A stretch of DNA of 55,003 nt from a virus (lineage: Duplodnaviria; Caudoviricetes), in IMG/VR virus record IMGVR_UViG_3300049489_001135, positions 1 through 55,003 of that record; one strand, 5' to 3'. Each line of letters opens with the position of its first letter. Position 1 is the first letter of the stretch. Under the pieces are notes generated by a model. It did not search any database, was not told the DNA's origin, and worked only from the letters and a program-made list of their open reading frames with translations. Of this stretch, positions 37,488 through 46,986 are shown in pieces. The translations under genes were made by a program, and so were the position numbers.

Positions 37488-40400
37488 TTATTCTAACCCA
37501 TATTTAGCAGCATTGTCAATTTTAAACAAGCCTGTTTTGCCACCGACTAATAGCGTCATGGCACTTAGCGACAATCCTTCACCTGCTGCAGATTGTTCAT
37601 CCTCAACAAGTATGCGTAAGGCTTGGCATTTTTGAAATTTAAAGTCGAATCGGGCTTGATATGGCTTTCCAGCGCCGCCGTAAGGCACGGTTGCAGGTAG
37701 TCCATAGGGGCTATAGCCACCATAAGGCGTTGCATCAATTATGCGGTCAGTTGGCACTATAGACTTAGTTTGAGCATAAGCTTCAATGTAATTAAATGCT
37801 GCAGAAATTTTTAAAGTATGAGCAGACTTATAATCACCAAGTATCATAAGCTGATATACTCGCTGCGCTCCTTGAAGAGCAGACATATTTAGCCAGCCTG
37901 TTTCTAACTGCAACTTAATTGGAGAACCATTGTCACCATAGGACGTAGGATTTTCTTTGAATAATTCCCTAGACGTTCGTAAATAATAATACTGATTATC
38001 TACAACTTCAGCGTCCATAGCACGATGATTATCAAAAGTAGCCCATAATTTAAGAAAATAATTATATACTAAACAATCGCCATCAGAAGTTGTAAATCTA
38101 ATTTGATTAAAATCAGAAATTACTTTAGCACTGGTAATTGTCAGTCCATTGTAAGCTTCTACAGGTGCTCCAATATATTCTAGGCTTAAATCTCTGCCTA
38201 GCAAGTAAATGCCCTTAGTAGACTTAAAAAATATTCCAATATTTGTAAATACAACAGACTTAGGGTCTGTACAACCAACATCACTACTGACAAGTTCAGG
38301 GTCAGTAAATAAATTTTGAGCACCAGTATTTGTTGGCCCCGCACCGCTAAAAAATTGAATACCTTTTTCTTGGAATATAATAATTTTATCGTCCATGGCA
38401 GATAGGGCTGTAATTAGACCGGGCTCTGGGTCAATATTTACTACTAAATCATCATTAAATTCTACAGGAAAGCCTTCCAGCCTAATTTTACTATATTGCA
38501 CCAAAGACGCTTCTTTATTTGCAACAATTAAACGTCCAGACGTTGTGTGTACAGTCATAACTGTTGTAGCTGGTGCTGCAGTGTTGTCTAGCACACCGCC
38601 ATTTGTATATAAAGGCTGTCTTGAAATAAGCTCTGTATCAGATATAGTGTCTGTAACTGTGATGTAATCTACAGATTTATTATTAAAATTTGGAGCATTT
38701 ATATTTGTAACAATATAATAAATATTGCCGTTATCTTCTGTGCGATAAAGTTCAATGATTACATTTTCCTTAGAAGTAAGCCTTAAAGTTGGCACGTCCA
38801 CTTTATAAGAAGTTACAAACGCGCCATTTTCTAAACTAGTGGCTAAACCATCGCCTTCGCCACCGTCTGCTAAATTTTGAGCGCCGCCACCTGTAGCACG
38901 TAAATCAGGACTTAAAGTACTTGCATCTGTTACAGTAACACTTTTGCCAGTAACTGCTCCATATGTTAATAATTGAGCAAGCTCTGCAGTAGTTAAATTT
39001 ACAGGTATTGCACCATTATTTACACCATTATTTGGAGTAATAGTTAAGGTAATGTTTGTAGCAGTGCCAGTATATACAGCTAAAATTGTATTAGTTGGAT
39101 TTGCTGCTGCAGCAGCGACCTGTAAAGTAAACTTTACGCCATTTTTTGTAGTACCAGGAGTACGACTGTAAACCACTACAGGCACAGTAGTTGCCAATGA
39201 ACCACTTGGTGCAACACCTGAACCGGATGCTAATGTAGCAGAAAAAGACCCAGCAACTATATTGCTCGCAGAACCGCCAGTAGCAGTCCAATCTCTAAGC
39301 AAAAAGTTTGTATCAGTTAATGTAATTGATTTGCCAATAACTGTGCCAGAATTTATTAATTCAGCCAATTCTGCAGTAGTTAAAGTCACTGGCACAGCAC
39401 TATTATTTGTACCATCATTTGGCGTAATGGTAAGTACTGCCGCAGATAGTGTTCCAGACATAGCAGCTAAAATTGTATTAGTAGGATTAGCAGCCGGTGC
39501 ATTTATTGTAACAGTAAGCGAGTATCCGTTTGCATATGCTCCTGCATAAGAGTAGCCAACAGAAATACTTGAATCAGTGGCTAATGTACCAGTTGGTAAA
39601 GACGAACTGGCAAATGCAACTGTTAAGTCAGTAGTTGTAGCACTTCTATGCTCCTGGCCAACATTATCAGTCCAGCGATAAAGCGCCTTGTAGCCATAAT
39701 TCCCCGGTGCTAAAGACCCTTGCACAGAAGTGTCCTGTGTAATAGTTTTTAAAGTCTCAGGAAATACATTAAATCCATGCTCAACAACGCTATCACCGTC
39801 ATACATTTGTAGCAATCCGCCACTTATATGCAGATTTTGTGCAAAGAAAGCCGTCTCATAGGGAGATTCAAAATCAAAATCTAATGTAGTAGCAGTGACA
39901 CCTAGCAGTCCATAGAATGTACCATTTTCGCTAATAAGCTTATTTTTATATTGCGAAGTAATTATAACTTTATTTTCATCATAAGTCATAGTTTGAGGCA
40001 ACACACCAGTAGTTGTATGCACACCACCAACACCCTGCGACCATTTTGCCACCACAGTTGCATCAGAATCTGCCACAAAATACGTTGATTGCAAAGTGCT
40101 TACAAATATTAGCGGCACGTAGACAGTCTCATTATGTGCAAATATTTTAGAGCTAAGGCCGACAGAGCGCATAAATACGCCATTATTAGTAGCGCTTCCT
40201 GCTACAGTAATTGTAGAATTTTTTATATAATAATTAGTAGTTTCTGCAGCCGATACTTGATAATATAGTGAATAAACACCAGAAGCCGTTTGAATGCTAC
40301 TTAATGCAGTCACACCTGCAACCGACTCAACTAAAGTATTGCCTAAAATAGCGCCAGTTAAATTAAGAGGAAAAATACAATAAGAAACATTTGAGCCATT

Positions 40401-41237
40401 AGAGTAGCTAATAACCGTACGAAATGAGCTATCAATATAGGCATCTAAAGCATGAGAAGCGCTGGCACCAGTTACACCAACAATGCTGGAAGCTACACCA
40501 GCAGAGTCTATGCCAAAAACTTGTAGATTAGCCCCAACTTGAGTGCTATTATAAGCAATAATAATTTTACCTGGACCGCTGATTATATCCAATTTTGGTG
40601 CCGCAGTGTTTACGTTACTTGCAAGTAAAGTGGCAGAACTAAGCGCAGTAGGGGTTAAAATATTAAAACGTTTATAGTACAAATTAGCACCAGAAACATA
40701 AACAATATATACAAAATTTTGTATAGAAGCTACTTGAGCAATTTCTGCACCAGTTGCTACAACATCATCACTTACTAGTAAACTTTTAGTGGCAATATCT
40801 TGCACAGAATATCTAATATCATTTGAAATAGTATTATGATAAGTATGTACGTTTAAATTTTCAACAGTTAATAGGTCTAAGTTATCGTGGTTGTACGAGT
40901 TATTTAGCACTGGAGTTGTAAAAGGATATACATTGTATATATCGCCTTTTTGTTCAAATTTCTGTAAACTATCTGAAAATGAAAATAAACTACTTGGATT
41001 AAAAACTATAAGCTCATTATTATACTTTGAAAGTGCTTTAGCATCTTCTAATCGCTCACCAGTAGTTAAATATAAAAGTAGTGAGTCATAGCCGTTGCGC
41101 TTTCGGGCACTTAGCACAGTCTCAAATACAACGTTAACAGCGCGACGAAGTTTGCCCTCAATCTGTTGCTTAACATCTACTTTAGTATCAATACCTTGGC
41201 CAAAAGATATTGGTATAATTTGTTTATTTAAAGCCAA
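37488..41237 (-). CDS. tail nozzle/tubular protein with inserted repeated domains
   Basis: 1249 aa beta-rich; VGC.DP.SV...GIFF.S.KGIYLL; follows adaptor genes. Confidence 0.75.
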   Translation of the reverse strand: MALNKQIIPISFGQGIDTKVDVKQQIEGKLRRAVNVVFETVLSARKRNGYDSLLLYLTTGERLEDAKALSKYNNELIVFNPSSLFSFSDSLQKFEQKGDIYNVYPFTTPVLNNSYNHDNLDLLTVENLNVHTYHNTISNDIRYSVQDIATKSLLVSDDVVATGAEIAQVASIQNFVYIVYVSGANLYYKRFNILTPTALSSATLLASNVNTAAPKLDIISGPGKIIIAYNSTQVGANLQVFGIDSAGVASSIVGVTGASASHALDAYIDSSFRTVISYSNGSNVSYCIFPLNLTGAILGNTLVESVAGVTALSSIQTASGVYSLYYQVSAAETTNYYIKNSTITVAGSATNNGVFMRSVGLSSKIFAHNETVYVPLIFVSTLQSTYFVADSDATVVAKWSQGVGGVHTTTGVLPQTMTYDENKVIITSQYKNKLISENGTFYGLLGVTATTLDFDFESPYETAFFAQNLHISGGLLQMYDGDSVVEHGFNVFPETLKTITQDTSVQGSLAPGNYGYKALYRWTDNVGQEHRSATTTDLTVAFASSSLPTGTLATDSSISVGYSYAGAYANGYSLTVTINAPAANPTNTILAAMSGTLSAAVLTITPNDGTNNSAVPVTLTTAELAELINSGTVIGKSITLTDTNFLLRDWTATGGSASNIVAGSFSATLASGSGVAPSGSLATTVPVVVYSRTPGTTKNGVKFTLQVAAAAANPTNTILAVYTGTATNITLTITPNNGVNNGAIPVNLTTAELAQLLTYGAVTGKSVTVTDASTLSPDLRATGGGAQNLADGGEGDGLATSLENGAFVTSYKVDVPTLRLTSKENVIIELYRTEDNGNIYYIVTNINAPNFNNKSVDYITVTDTISDTELISRQPLYTNGGVLDNTAAPATTVMTVHTTSGRLIVANKEASLVQYSKIRLEGFPVEFNDDLVVNIDPEPGLITALSAMDDKIIIFQEKGIQFFSGAGPTNTGAQNLFTDPELVSSDVGCTDPKSVVFTNIGIFFKSTKGIYLLGRDLSLEYIGAPVEAYNGLTITSAKVISDFNQIRFTTSDGDCLVYNYFLKLWATFDNHRAMDAEVVDNQYYYLRTSRELFKENPTSYGDNGSPIKLQLETGWLNMSALQGAQRVYQLMILGDYKSAHTLKISAAFNYIEAYAQTKSIVPTDRIIDATPYGGYSPYGLPATVPYGGAGKPYQARFDFKFQKCQALRILVEDEQSAAGEGLSLSAMTLLVGGKTGLFKIDNAAKYGLE

Positions 41238-41247
41238 GTTTTCCTCG

Positions 41248-41904
41248 TTAAATTATGCTCCACCCATCGGCCCCATTGGAAGTGTACATACGTGCCACTC
41301 CATCAGAGTTTAAGGTGTCATTTGCATTTCCATCAATTTCATCGGAGCCATCTGGATTTACAGTAGCAGGAAAAGATTCACTAGAATTTGTTGCATCTTT
41401 TATAATATAAAATCGGCCAGGAATTACTGCAGAAGCTGGAGGCAATGTAATAATTCTAGACACAGAGCAGTCTAAATTAATAATCACATAGGGGTCTGCA
41501 GGATTAATTGTTAAATTTGATGCAACATTATTAAACTGAAAATTATCAGAACTAGTTGGCACGGTAATAATACTAGAGCCGTCTGTAATTTGAACAGCGA
41601 TTCCTGAACCAGTTGTGTAATATAAATTGCCATCTACCGTATAAATACTTGATGCATTTGAAGCACCGACTAATGTGCTGGACTGAGTTTGAAATTTAGT
41701 GCTTTTTAAATTAAAGGCACTATTAAACTGAAAATCAAGGTCAGAACTTAAATTCAAACCACTAGGAGTAATTGCAACACCTTTGCCGGAAGAATGGTCG
41801 TGTGCATCAATAGTCTGAAAAGCAGCATTTACTTCATTTGCCCAAGTAGGACCTAAAGTTACAGTTACAGTTGGCAAAGTTAAATTCATATTAGCAGTTG
41901 ACAT
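41248..41904 (-). CDS. virion structural protein
   Basis: IDAHDHSSGKG; ITLPPAS...FYIIKD. Confidence 0.7.
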   Translation of the reverse strand: MSTANMNLTLPTVTVTLGPTWANEVNAAFQTIDAHDHSSGKGVAITPSGLNLSSDLDFQFNSAFNLKSTKFQTQSSTLVGASNASSIYTVDGNLYYTTGSGIAVQITDGSSIITVPTSSDNFQFNNVASNLTINPADPYVIINLDCSVSRIITLPPASAVIPGRFYIIKDATNSSESFPATVNPDGSDEIDGNANDTLNSDGVARMYTSNGADGWSII

Positions 41905-41905
41905 A

Positions 41906-42217
41906 TTAAAACACCCATAAATTAACAGTTACATTAGCATTACAATTTAATGCTAAAAATTTAGATTTAAACACATTCGCGTCTTGACTATCCCAAACGT
42001 CCACATTAGAATTTTTACCAACCACTATCCAGCCCTTTAATGGCCGCCCAAGTTTATGTTCAATATTGTTTACGGTCCCCGCTGCTAAAGGTATTGGCCC
42101 TAAAAATACACCATTTACTATTAAATTTTTACTAACATTTTGAGCCCAGTTTTCAACATTATCTTGCAATTTAGCTAGGCTTGCAATATCAGTACTAATT
42201 TTCTTTAAATCCTTCAA
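41906..42217 (-). CDS. virion structural protein
   Basis: IEHKLGRPLKGW H-type motif. Confidence 0.65.
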   Translation of the reverse strand: MKDLKKISTDIASLAKLQDNVENWAQNVSKNLIVNGVFLGPIPLAAGTVNNIEHKLGRPLKGWIVVGKNSNVDVWDSQDANVFKSKFLALNCNANVTVNLWVF

Positions 42218-42219
42218 AA

Positions 42220-42924
42220 CTACCGCCTAAAGCCATAAAGATACGGATTTTCATCATATATGTCTGTAACACTTTCAGGCTCATTTGCATCACGATTGTC
42301 AGCCATTGCTTCAATACGCTGCTTTAATGCCTGTTTTTGCGCCATAAGGACAGACACATCATCTTCTTGTTTTTGCATCATTTTAATAGCACAATCGACA
42401 ATAACATATTCTACAAAGTTATTTACATCTTCAAATACATCTGTATCATTTACTAAAGTTTGTGCAACAGGATAATACCAAATTCTAAAGCTACTATTGG
42501 ACTCAGGAAATCTATTAAACCTAATATTGCTCCCTACCAGTCTATACTCTATGTAAGGTAAACCAAGCAAATTAAAAGCATAGGCAGTACTGTTATCAAT
42601 TCTACGATTGAAATTAAATCGTTTTACAGTACTCCAGTCTTGAGTGCCCCGCTTAATGTCTACACCACGAAGTTTATAAAACTTAGGCGCTCCAGAATAA
42701 TTACTGCCATCAGGAAGCGGATATTCTAATAAAGTAGCATCTCCTTGAAACACTACTTCATTCATGTAATATTCTTCACAATATGCGGCAACTAATAGGT
42801 CATGCAATTCGGCAAGGGATGCATTAACATAGTTGGTCAACTCGCTATCAGAAACGAATTGACTTTCAACCATGTCAGCACGTTGTCTTGATTGAAGACG
42901 AATATCAGCTAGAGTAATGGCCAT
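42220..42924 (-). CDS. head-tail adaptor (gatekeeper) protein
   Basis: TLADIR...SELTNYVNASL; YPLP..FYKLRGVD; position. Confidence 0.7.
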   Translation of the reverse strand: MAITLADIRLQSRQRADMVESQFVSDSELTNYVNASLAELHDLLVAAYCEEYYMNEVVFQGDATLLEYPLPDGSNYSGAPKFYKLRGVDIKRGTQDWSTVKRFNFNRRIDNSTAYAFNLLGLPYIEYRLVGSNIRFNRFPESNSSFRIWYYPVAQTLVNDTDVFEDVNNFVEYVIVDCAIKMMQKQEDDVSVLMAQKQALKQRIEAMADNRDANEPESVTDIYDENPYLYGFRR

Positions 42925-42944
42925 AATAGGCTCCTATTTGGTAA

Positions 42945-43202
42945 TTACTCGGCCTGCGATTCAGCAGACTCTTCTTCAGCTTCGTATTCGTCCATGCACA
43001 TGCTTACAAAACTTTTCATGGCAGACATCAAAGCTGCAGCATCTTTAGATTCGACCGCAGCTAAAATTTCTTCAGCCGCAGCTTGGTGTCCAGCAGATGT
43101 GTCAACCATGTCTCCCATTTCGTTTTTAGCTGCTTTTTTCATACTGCCATCTATTGAGGCAATAATAAGTCCAGCAGCTTTTTTCTTATCGTCCATAAAC
43201 AT
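42945..43202 (-). CDS. hypothetical protein
   Basis: In structural operon. Confidence 0.7.
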   Translation of the reverse strand: MFMDDKKKAAGLIIASIDGSMKKAAKNEMGDMVDTSAGHQAAAEEILAAVESKDAAALMSAMKSFVSMCMDEYEAEEESAESQAE

Positions 43203-43207
43203 AAAAG

Positions 43208-43579
43208 TTATTTTGCACTAGAGTTTTTAAGCTGCAAAGCTACGCGCAAAACCGAGCCATTAGATGGGTCAGTTTCTACTGCTCCAGCTACTGTTCTAAA
43301 AGTTATAGTTTTAGCAGATGTATTAACAGCTTGAGCTGCAATTTGTGCACTTAAATCCTGAGCGGCTGCAGATTGAATGCTTACATGAGCGTCCATAAGT
43401 CTAATGTATTGGTCTTGCAAAGTTAATACGTATAAACCGGCAGAAGTACGACTAATTGAAGCCACTCCAAGAGGTTGCACTAAAGTAGGTGCACCAGAAG
43501 CGCCGATTGAGATTTCAGCGTAAATTTCTTTTACTTCTTTAGCAAGAGCTTGTTTTCTGTTAAAATTGCGATTTGCCAT
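43208..43579 (-). CDS. putative capsid decoration protein
   Basis: Small beta-rich protein downstream of the capsid gene; RBS AAGGA. Confidence 0.55.
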   Translation of the reverse strand: MANRNFNRKQALAKEVKEIYAEISIGASGAPTLVQPLGVASISRTSAGLYVLTLQDQYIRLMDAHVSIQSAAAQDLSAQIAAQAVNTSAKTITFRTVAGAVETDPSNGSVLRVALQLKNSSAK

Positions 43580-43657
43580 TGTATGTCCTTTAGTCCATTT
43601 TTAGTCTCGGGCCAGCTTAATTGCTGCCGGAGCATGGGACGATACAATACTCAATTG

Positions 43658-43927
43658 TTAGCCTTCCATGTCCTTTAGTACAGATTTATACCCAAATTTT
43701 ACATATACGCGACAATCAAATCCAAAAATTCCATAGTTTATAGGAGCATTTAAAAAGTCTTTTAATTGCAATTTACGGCCTAGTTGCTGTTCTATACAAG
43801 TAATACATATACATTTTTTACGCTCCTGTTCAGTAGTAAGCTTATTTCATAAATTGAATTTTAACATATATGGCTCATTAGAACCATTACATCTATAACA
43901 ATTACTTCCGTACCAAGATTTTTTCAT
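43658..43927 (-). pseudogene. CxxC-CxxC zinc-finger ORF interrupted by one in-frame TGA
   Basis: MKKSWYGSNCYRC...YMLKFNL*NKL...CITCIEQQLGRKL..KDF.NAPIN...MEG; TGA at 43847-43849; ATGA-coupled to the upstream gene. Confidence 0.7.
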
Positions 43928-44580
43928 TTTTGCTCCATGATATTATCTATTACTATAAAAACATAGCCCGCAGTATGTGTACGCTTGCCATTTACAACAT
44001 CTCGAACCGATTCTCTTCTTAGGTTAAAATGCTTTGCAGCTCTAGATATAGAATTAAACTCTAGTCCACTTTTCAGTTCTTTAATCTTTTTTGAATTAGT
44101 AGCCTGTAGTGATTTCCTAATTTTATCTTCTTCTGTATATACTGGCCTAGATGGTTTTTCTAGTTTAGCTAATCGCATAAGATTAAGCGTTTCCTCTGAA
44201 AAACAGCCCTTTCTGCCTTTATTCCAAGGTTCGATATGAGTCGTACTGCGCATAATTTTCATGCGTTCGCCAGATATTTTTCTTTGTTCTGCAGTATTTG
44301 TACCATATCCTGGTTTTTTATTTAGCCCAATATCGTATGCTTTTAAAGTTTTAATATAATACATTTCAGCATCTCTAGATTCCTGATAAGTAGCAACTTC
44401 AACCAAAATCTCCCAAATCCAATCTTCCATTTTAGTAGTTTGCAAAAATGTTTGAAAAGCCTTTTGCTTTTTATCAGTAAGGCCCCAATGTTGACCAATT
44501 CTAATTTCTAATTTTTGACTAGTCTGTCCAATATAGAACTTTCCAGATGGTTTATGAGTAGCTTTATAAACAATAAACAT
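43924..44580 (-). CDS. free-standing GIY-YIG homing endonuclease with NUMOD-type DNA-binding repeats
   Basis: IVYK...FYIGQT...R..QH...E...GLN; PWNKGRKG..SEET; FNSISRAAK...GYVF. Confidence 0.9.
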   Translation of the reverse strand: MFIVYKATHKPSGKFYIGQTSQKLEIRIGQHWGLTDKKQKAFQTFLQTTKMEDWIWEILVEVATYQESRDAEMYYIKTLKAYDIGLNKKPGYGTNTAEQRKISGERMKIMRSTTHIEPWNKGRKGCFSEETLNLMRLAKLEKPSRPVYTEEDKIRKSLQATNSKKIKELKSGLEFNSISRAAKHFNLRRESVRDVVNGKRTHTAGYVFIVIDNIMEQK

Positions 44581-44607
44581 ACTATTATGCTCCTATGTGT
44601 TAATTAA

Positions 44608-44636
44608 AGAATACATGAGCCAGGATATAATGTCAA
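44608..44636 (-). promoter_or_regulatory. sigma70-type promoter of the endonuclease cassette
   Basis: TTGACA-17 bp-TATTCT. Confidence 0.7.
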
Positions 44637-44637
44637 T

Positions 44638-44667
44638 AAAAAAAGCCCCGGATTTTAACCCGAGGCT
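44638..44667 (-). terminator. Rho-independent terminator after the capsid gene
   Basis: AGCCTCGGG-TTAAAA-TCCGGGGCT then T-run. Confidence 0.85.
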
Positions 44668-44696
44668 CTATAAGCTAACTAGTTGATAATACTAGT

Positions 44697-45902
44697 CTAG
44701 CTCAAACGTAGATTACAGTTCCAACCTGGCGCTCGACTTCCAACCTGCGCATAATAGCCCACGCGTACAGTAACCGCATCTGCATCTGAAGCGCGTAACA
44801 TCTTAAGACCATCGGTATCGATGATTTGAGGTGCACGGCCCAAGCTATACAATTTCCAAACGTTCATCTGTAACAAGAAGCAACGGTCAGAAGGACAGTT
44901 TTGGTCAGCAATAACTTTGATTGGTCCACGAGGTCCGTTTACAAGCATTCCACGGAAACCGATTTCAGCATTAGCTCTAAGGTCAACGTATTGAACTTTA
45001 GAACCAAGAGCTTTTTCAAGGTCAGCGTATTTGCTGTAAGACATGAAAGCGTGGTCAGGTTTTCCACCTTCGCGAGCAACGCGTGAAGCAGCACTGATAA
45101 GAGCTTCTTCGATTGGTAAATCAGAACCATCAAAGCGAACGCCAGCAAGGCGAGTAACGTCTGAAGTTCTGTCAACACCAAAAAATGGAGCATTTGTTGG
45201 AGCGCTATTTGGCAACCAAGCTTGAAGTCCAGAAAGACCCAAGTCATAGTTTCCTTGAACAAAGATGTAATCATTAGCAGCAACACCAGCACCACCAGCA
45301 ATGGCAGTCATGGGCTCAACTGTAAGAACACCGTTGTCACGGTCTACGGCTTGTACTTGAACTCGGCCAGACTTAACTGTACCACCACCGTCTGCGGTAG
45401 AGAATACAAGTTGTTGTCCAACTTCAAAGTTAGTAACATCATCTGGAACGGTCAATTGGATAGAAGTACCAGTAGTTGCAGATTCATTTTGTCCAATAGA
45501 ACCAGAACCGCTGCGATACATTTGGATTGCAAGCATACGTGCAGAAGAGTGGATTGCTCCATCGATTTCTGTAGTAGCAGCTTCCATAAACGCATTAGCA
45601 TTACCAATAGAAGCTTTAAGAGTTTCGTTATCGATAGAAGCAATACTATATGCTCTTACACGAGTAAGTACGAAATCTTTTAACTTGCTAGAAGTTTGGT
45701 TAGCTTGTGCAGTTTGGAAAATAGAAGAAACACCCTGGGGGTCTCCATAGATGATTGGAATTGGTAAGTTTTTACCACCAAAATCAGTCATTTTTGGCAT
45801 AAGAGCCAATAGAGGGTTATCTTGATATGTCATATTTTCGACGCGGTCTGCAGTGTAATGCTGCTTAAGTGCTGCGTCAAATGAGCTTAAATCTAAAGCC
45901 AT
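44697..45902 (-). CDS. major capsid protein
   Basis: 401 aa after portal and scaffold, followed by a terminator; ALKQHY...PLLA, FGVDR, IADQNCP. Confidence 0.85.
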   Translation of the reverse strand: MALDLSSFDAALKQHYTADRVENMTYQDNPLLALMPKMTDFGGKNLPIPIIYGDPQGVSSIFQTAQANQTSSKLKDFVLTRVRAYSIASIDNETLKASIGNANAFMEAATTEIDGAIHSSARMLAIQMYRSGSGSIGQNESATTGTSIQLTVPDDVTNFEVGQQLVFSTADGGGTVKSGRVQVQAVDRDNGVLTVEPMTAIAGGAGVAANDYIFVQGNYDLGLSGLQAWLPNSAPTNAPFFGVDRTSDVTRLAGVRFDGSDLPIEEALISAASRVAREGGKPDHAFMSYSKYADLEKALGSKVQYVDLRANAEIGFRGMLVNGPRGPIKVIADQNCPSDRCFLLQMNVWKLYSLGRAPQIIDTDGLKMLRASDADAVTVRVGYYAQVGSRAPGWNCNLRLS

Positions 45903-45967
45903 TTTTTAATCCTTTTTTGTGCCTATTTTAGGCAAGTTTAGTTAAAGTTAAGTTATAAATTATGCCG

Positions 45968-46927
45968 TTAAGAATTCCATTTAAGCAGCTTTGCAGCTTC
46001 TCGTTTGGACTCTTCATCTGTTAACGTCCTGCTACCTTTTGTTGGCACTTCGGCGGCTAAAGTGTTGGTTAAGGTTGTAGATTCTGGCGCCTTAACACTT
46101 GGTTCGACTTTTGTAGCGGGAGGCTCGAACATGCCTTTTGTCTTGTTTAAATTACGGTATTTTTCAATTCTAGCTTTTTCTTGGTCAAGCAAGTACTTCT
46201 CGACCATATCACATGCTTCTTTGTTAGAAAGTATGATGCCTTTGCCAGTTTCTTCATCAATTGTGGCCTCACAATGTTGCTCAATAACTTCATATACTAA
46301 TTCCATGGCATCATTTGCACGAATTAGCTCATAGTCTGGGGTATTATTGGCAAAATCAGTTAGTTGCTGTTTATAAGCATTTAATGCAGCTTCTATTTGA
46401 GCCTGTTGTTCGGCCTGCTCTTTTTGAGCAAGTTTATCTTCCATTGCTTTAACTTTGGCCTCCATCTTGGCCTCAATTTCTGCAGCAATTTGTTCAGGAG
46501 ATTTTTTGCCATCATTTAAAGCAAGTTCAGCAACGGACTCTAAAGAAATTTTATCTTCGGTCATGTATTTGTATGGGTTTTTTCTAAATTCTTCTCGGCT
46601 AATATATTTTGATTCGTCTTTTGTTGCATTTTCTATAGCAGCTAATCTCTCTTCTAGTTCTTTAGCGCGCTGAGCCAAAGCCTTTTCTTGAGCCTTTAAT
46701 GCTTTTTCCTGCCGAGAAAGTGCTGCAAACTTAGCAGCTACCCTAGCCTCTTCAACAGTTTTAGGAGTTTCTTCTACAATTTTAGCAGGTTCTTGGACCG
46801 TTTCTTGGCCTGATGCTACATTCTGTGCAAGTTGTTCTACAACATTTTGCGCTGTAGTTTCTGCAACTAATGTAGCAGCAGGGGATTCTGTAGCCGCAGG
46901 TGCGCCACTATCTGTAGTAATAGACAT
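45968..46927 (-). CDS. capsid scaffolding protein
   Basis: Acidic coiled-coil protein between portal and capsid genes. Confidence 0.75.
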   Translation of the reverse strand: MSITTDSGAPAATESPAATLVAETTAQNVVEQLAQNVASGQETVQEPAKIVEETPKTVEEARVAAKFAALSRQEKALKAQEKALAQRAKELEERLAAIENATKDESKYISREEFRKNPYKYMTEDKISLESVAELALNDGKKSPEQIAAEIEAKMEAKVKAMEDKLAQKEQAEQQAQIEAALNAYKQQLTDFANNTPDYELIRANDAMELVYEVIEQHCEATIDEETGKGIILSNKEACDMVEKYLLDQEKARIEKYRNLNKTKGMFEPPATKVEPSVKAPESTTLTNTLAAEVPTKGSRTLTDEESKREAAKLLKWNS

Positions 46928-46986
46928 AAAAATACCTCACTTTTTTAAGCAGACTTAATTGCCTGCTAAGCCCAAAATGGGCAAAA

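Noticed and set aside
43847-43849. Genome-wide TGA recoding or selenocysteine
   Set aside because: Many genes end in TGA with ATGA coupling and long genes are intact in code 11; no suppressor tRNA seen
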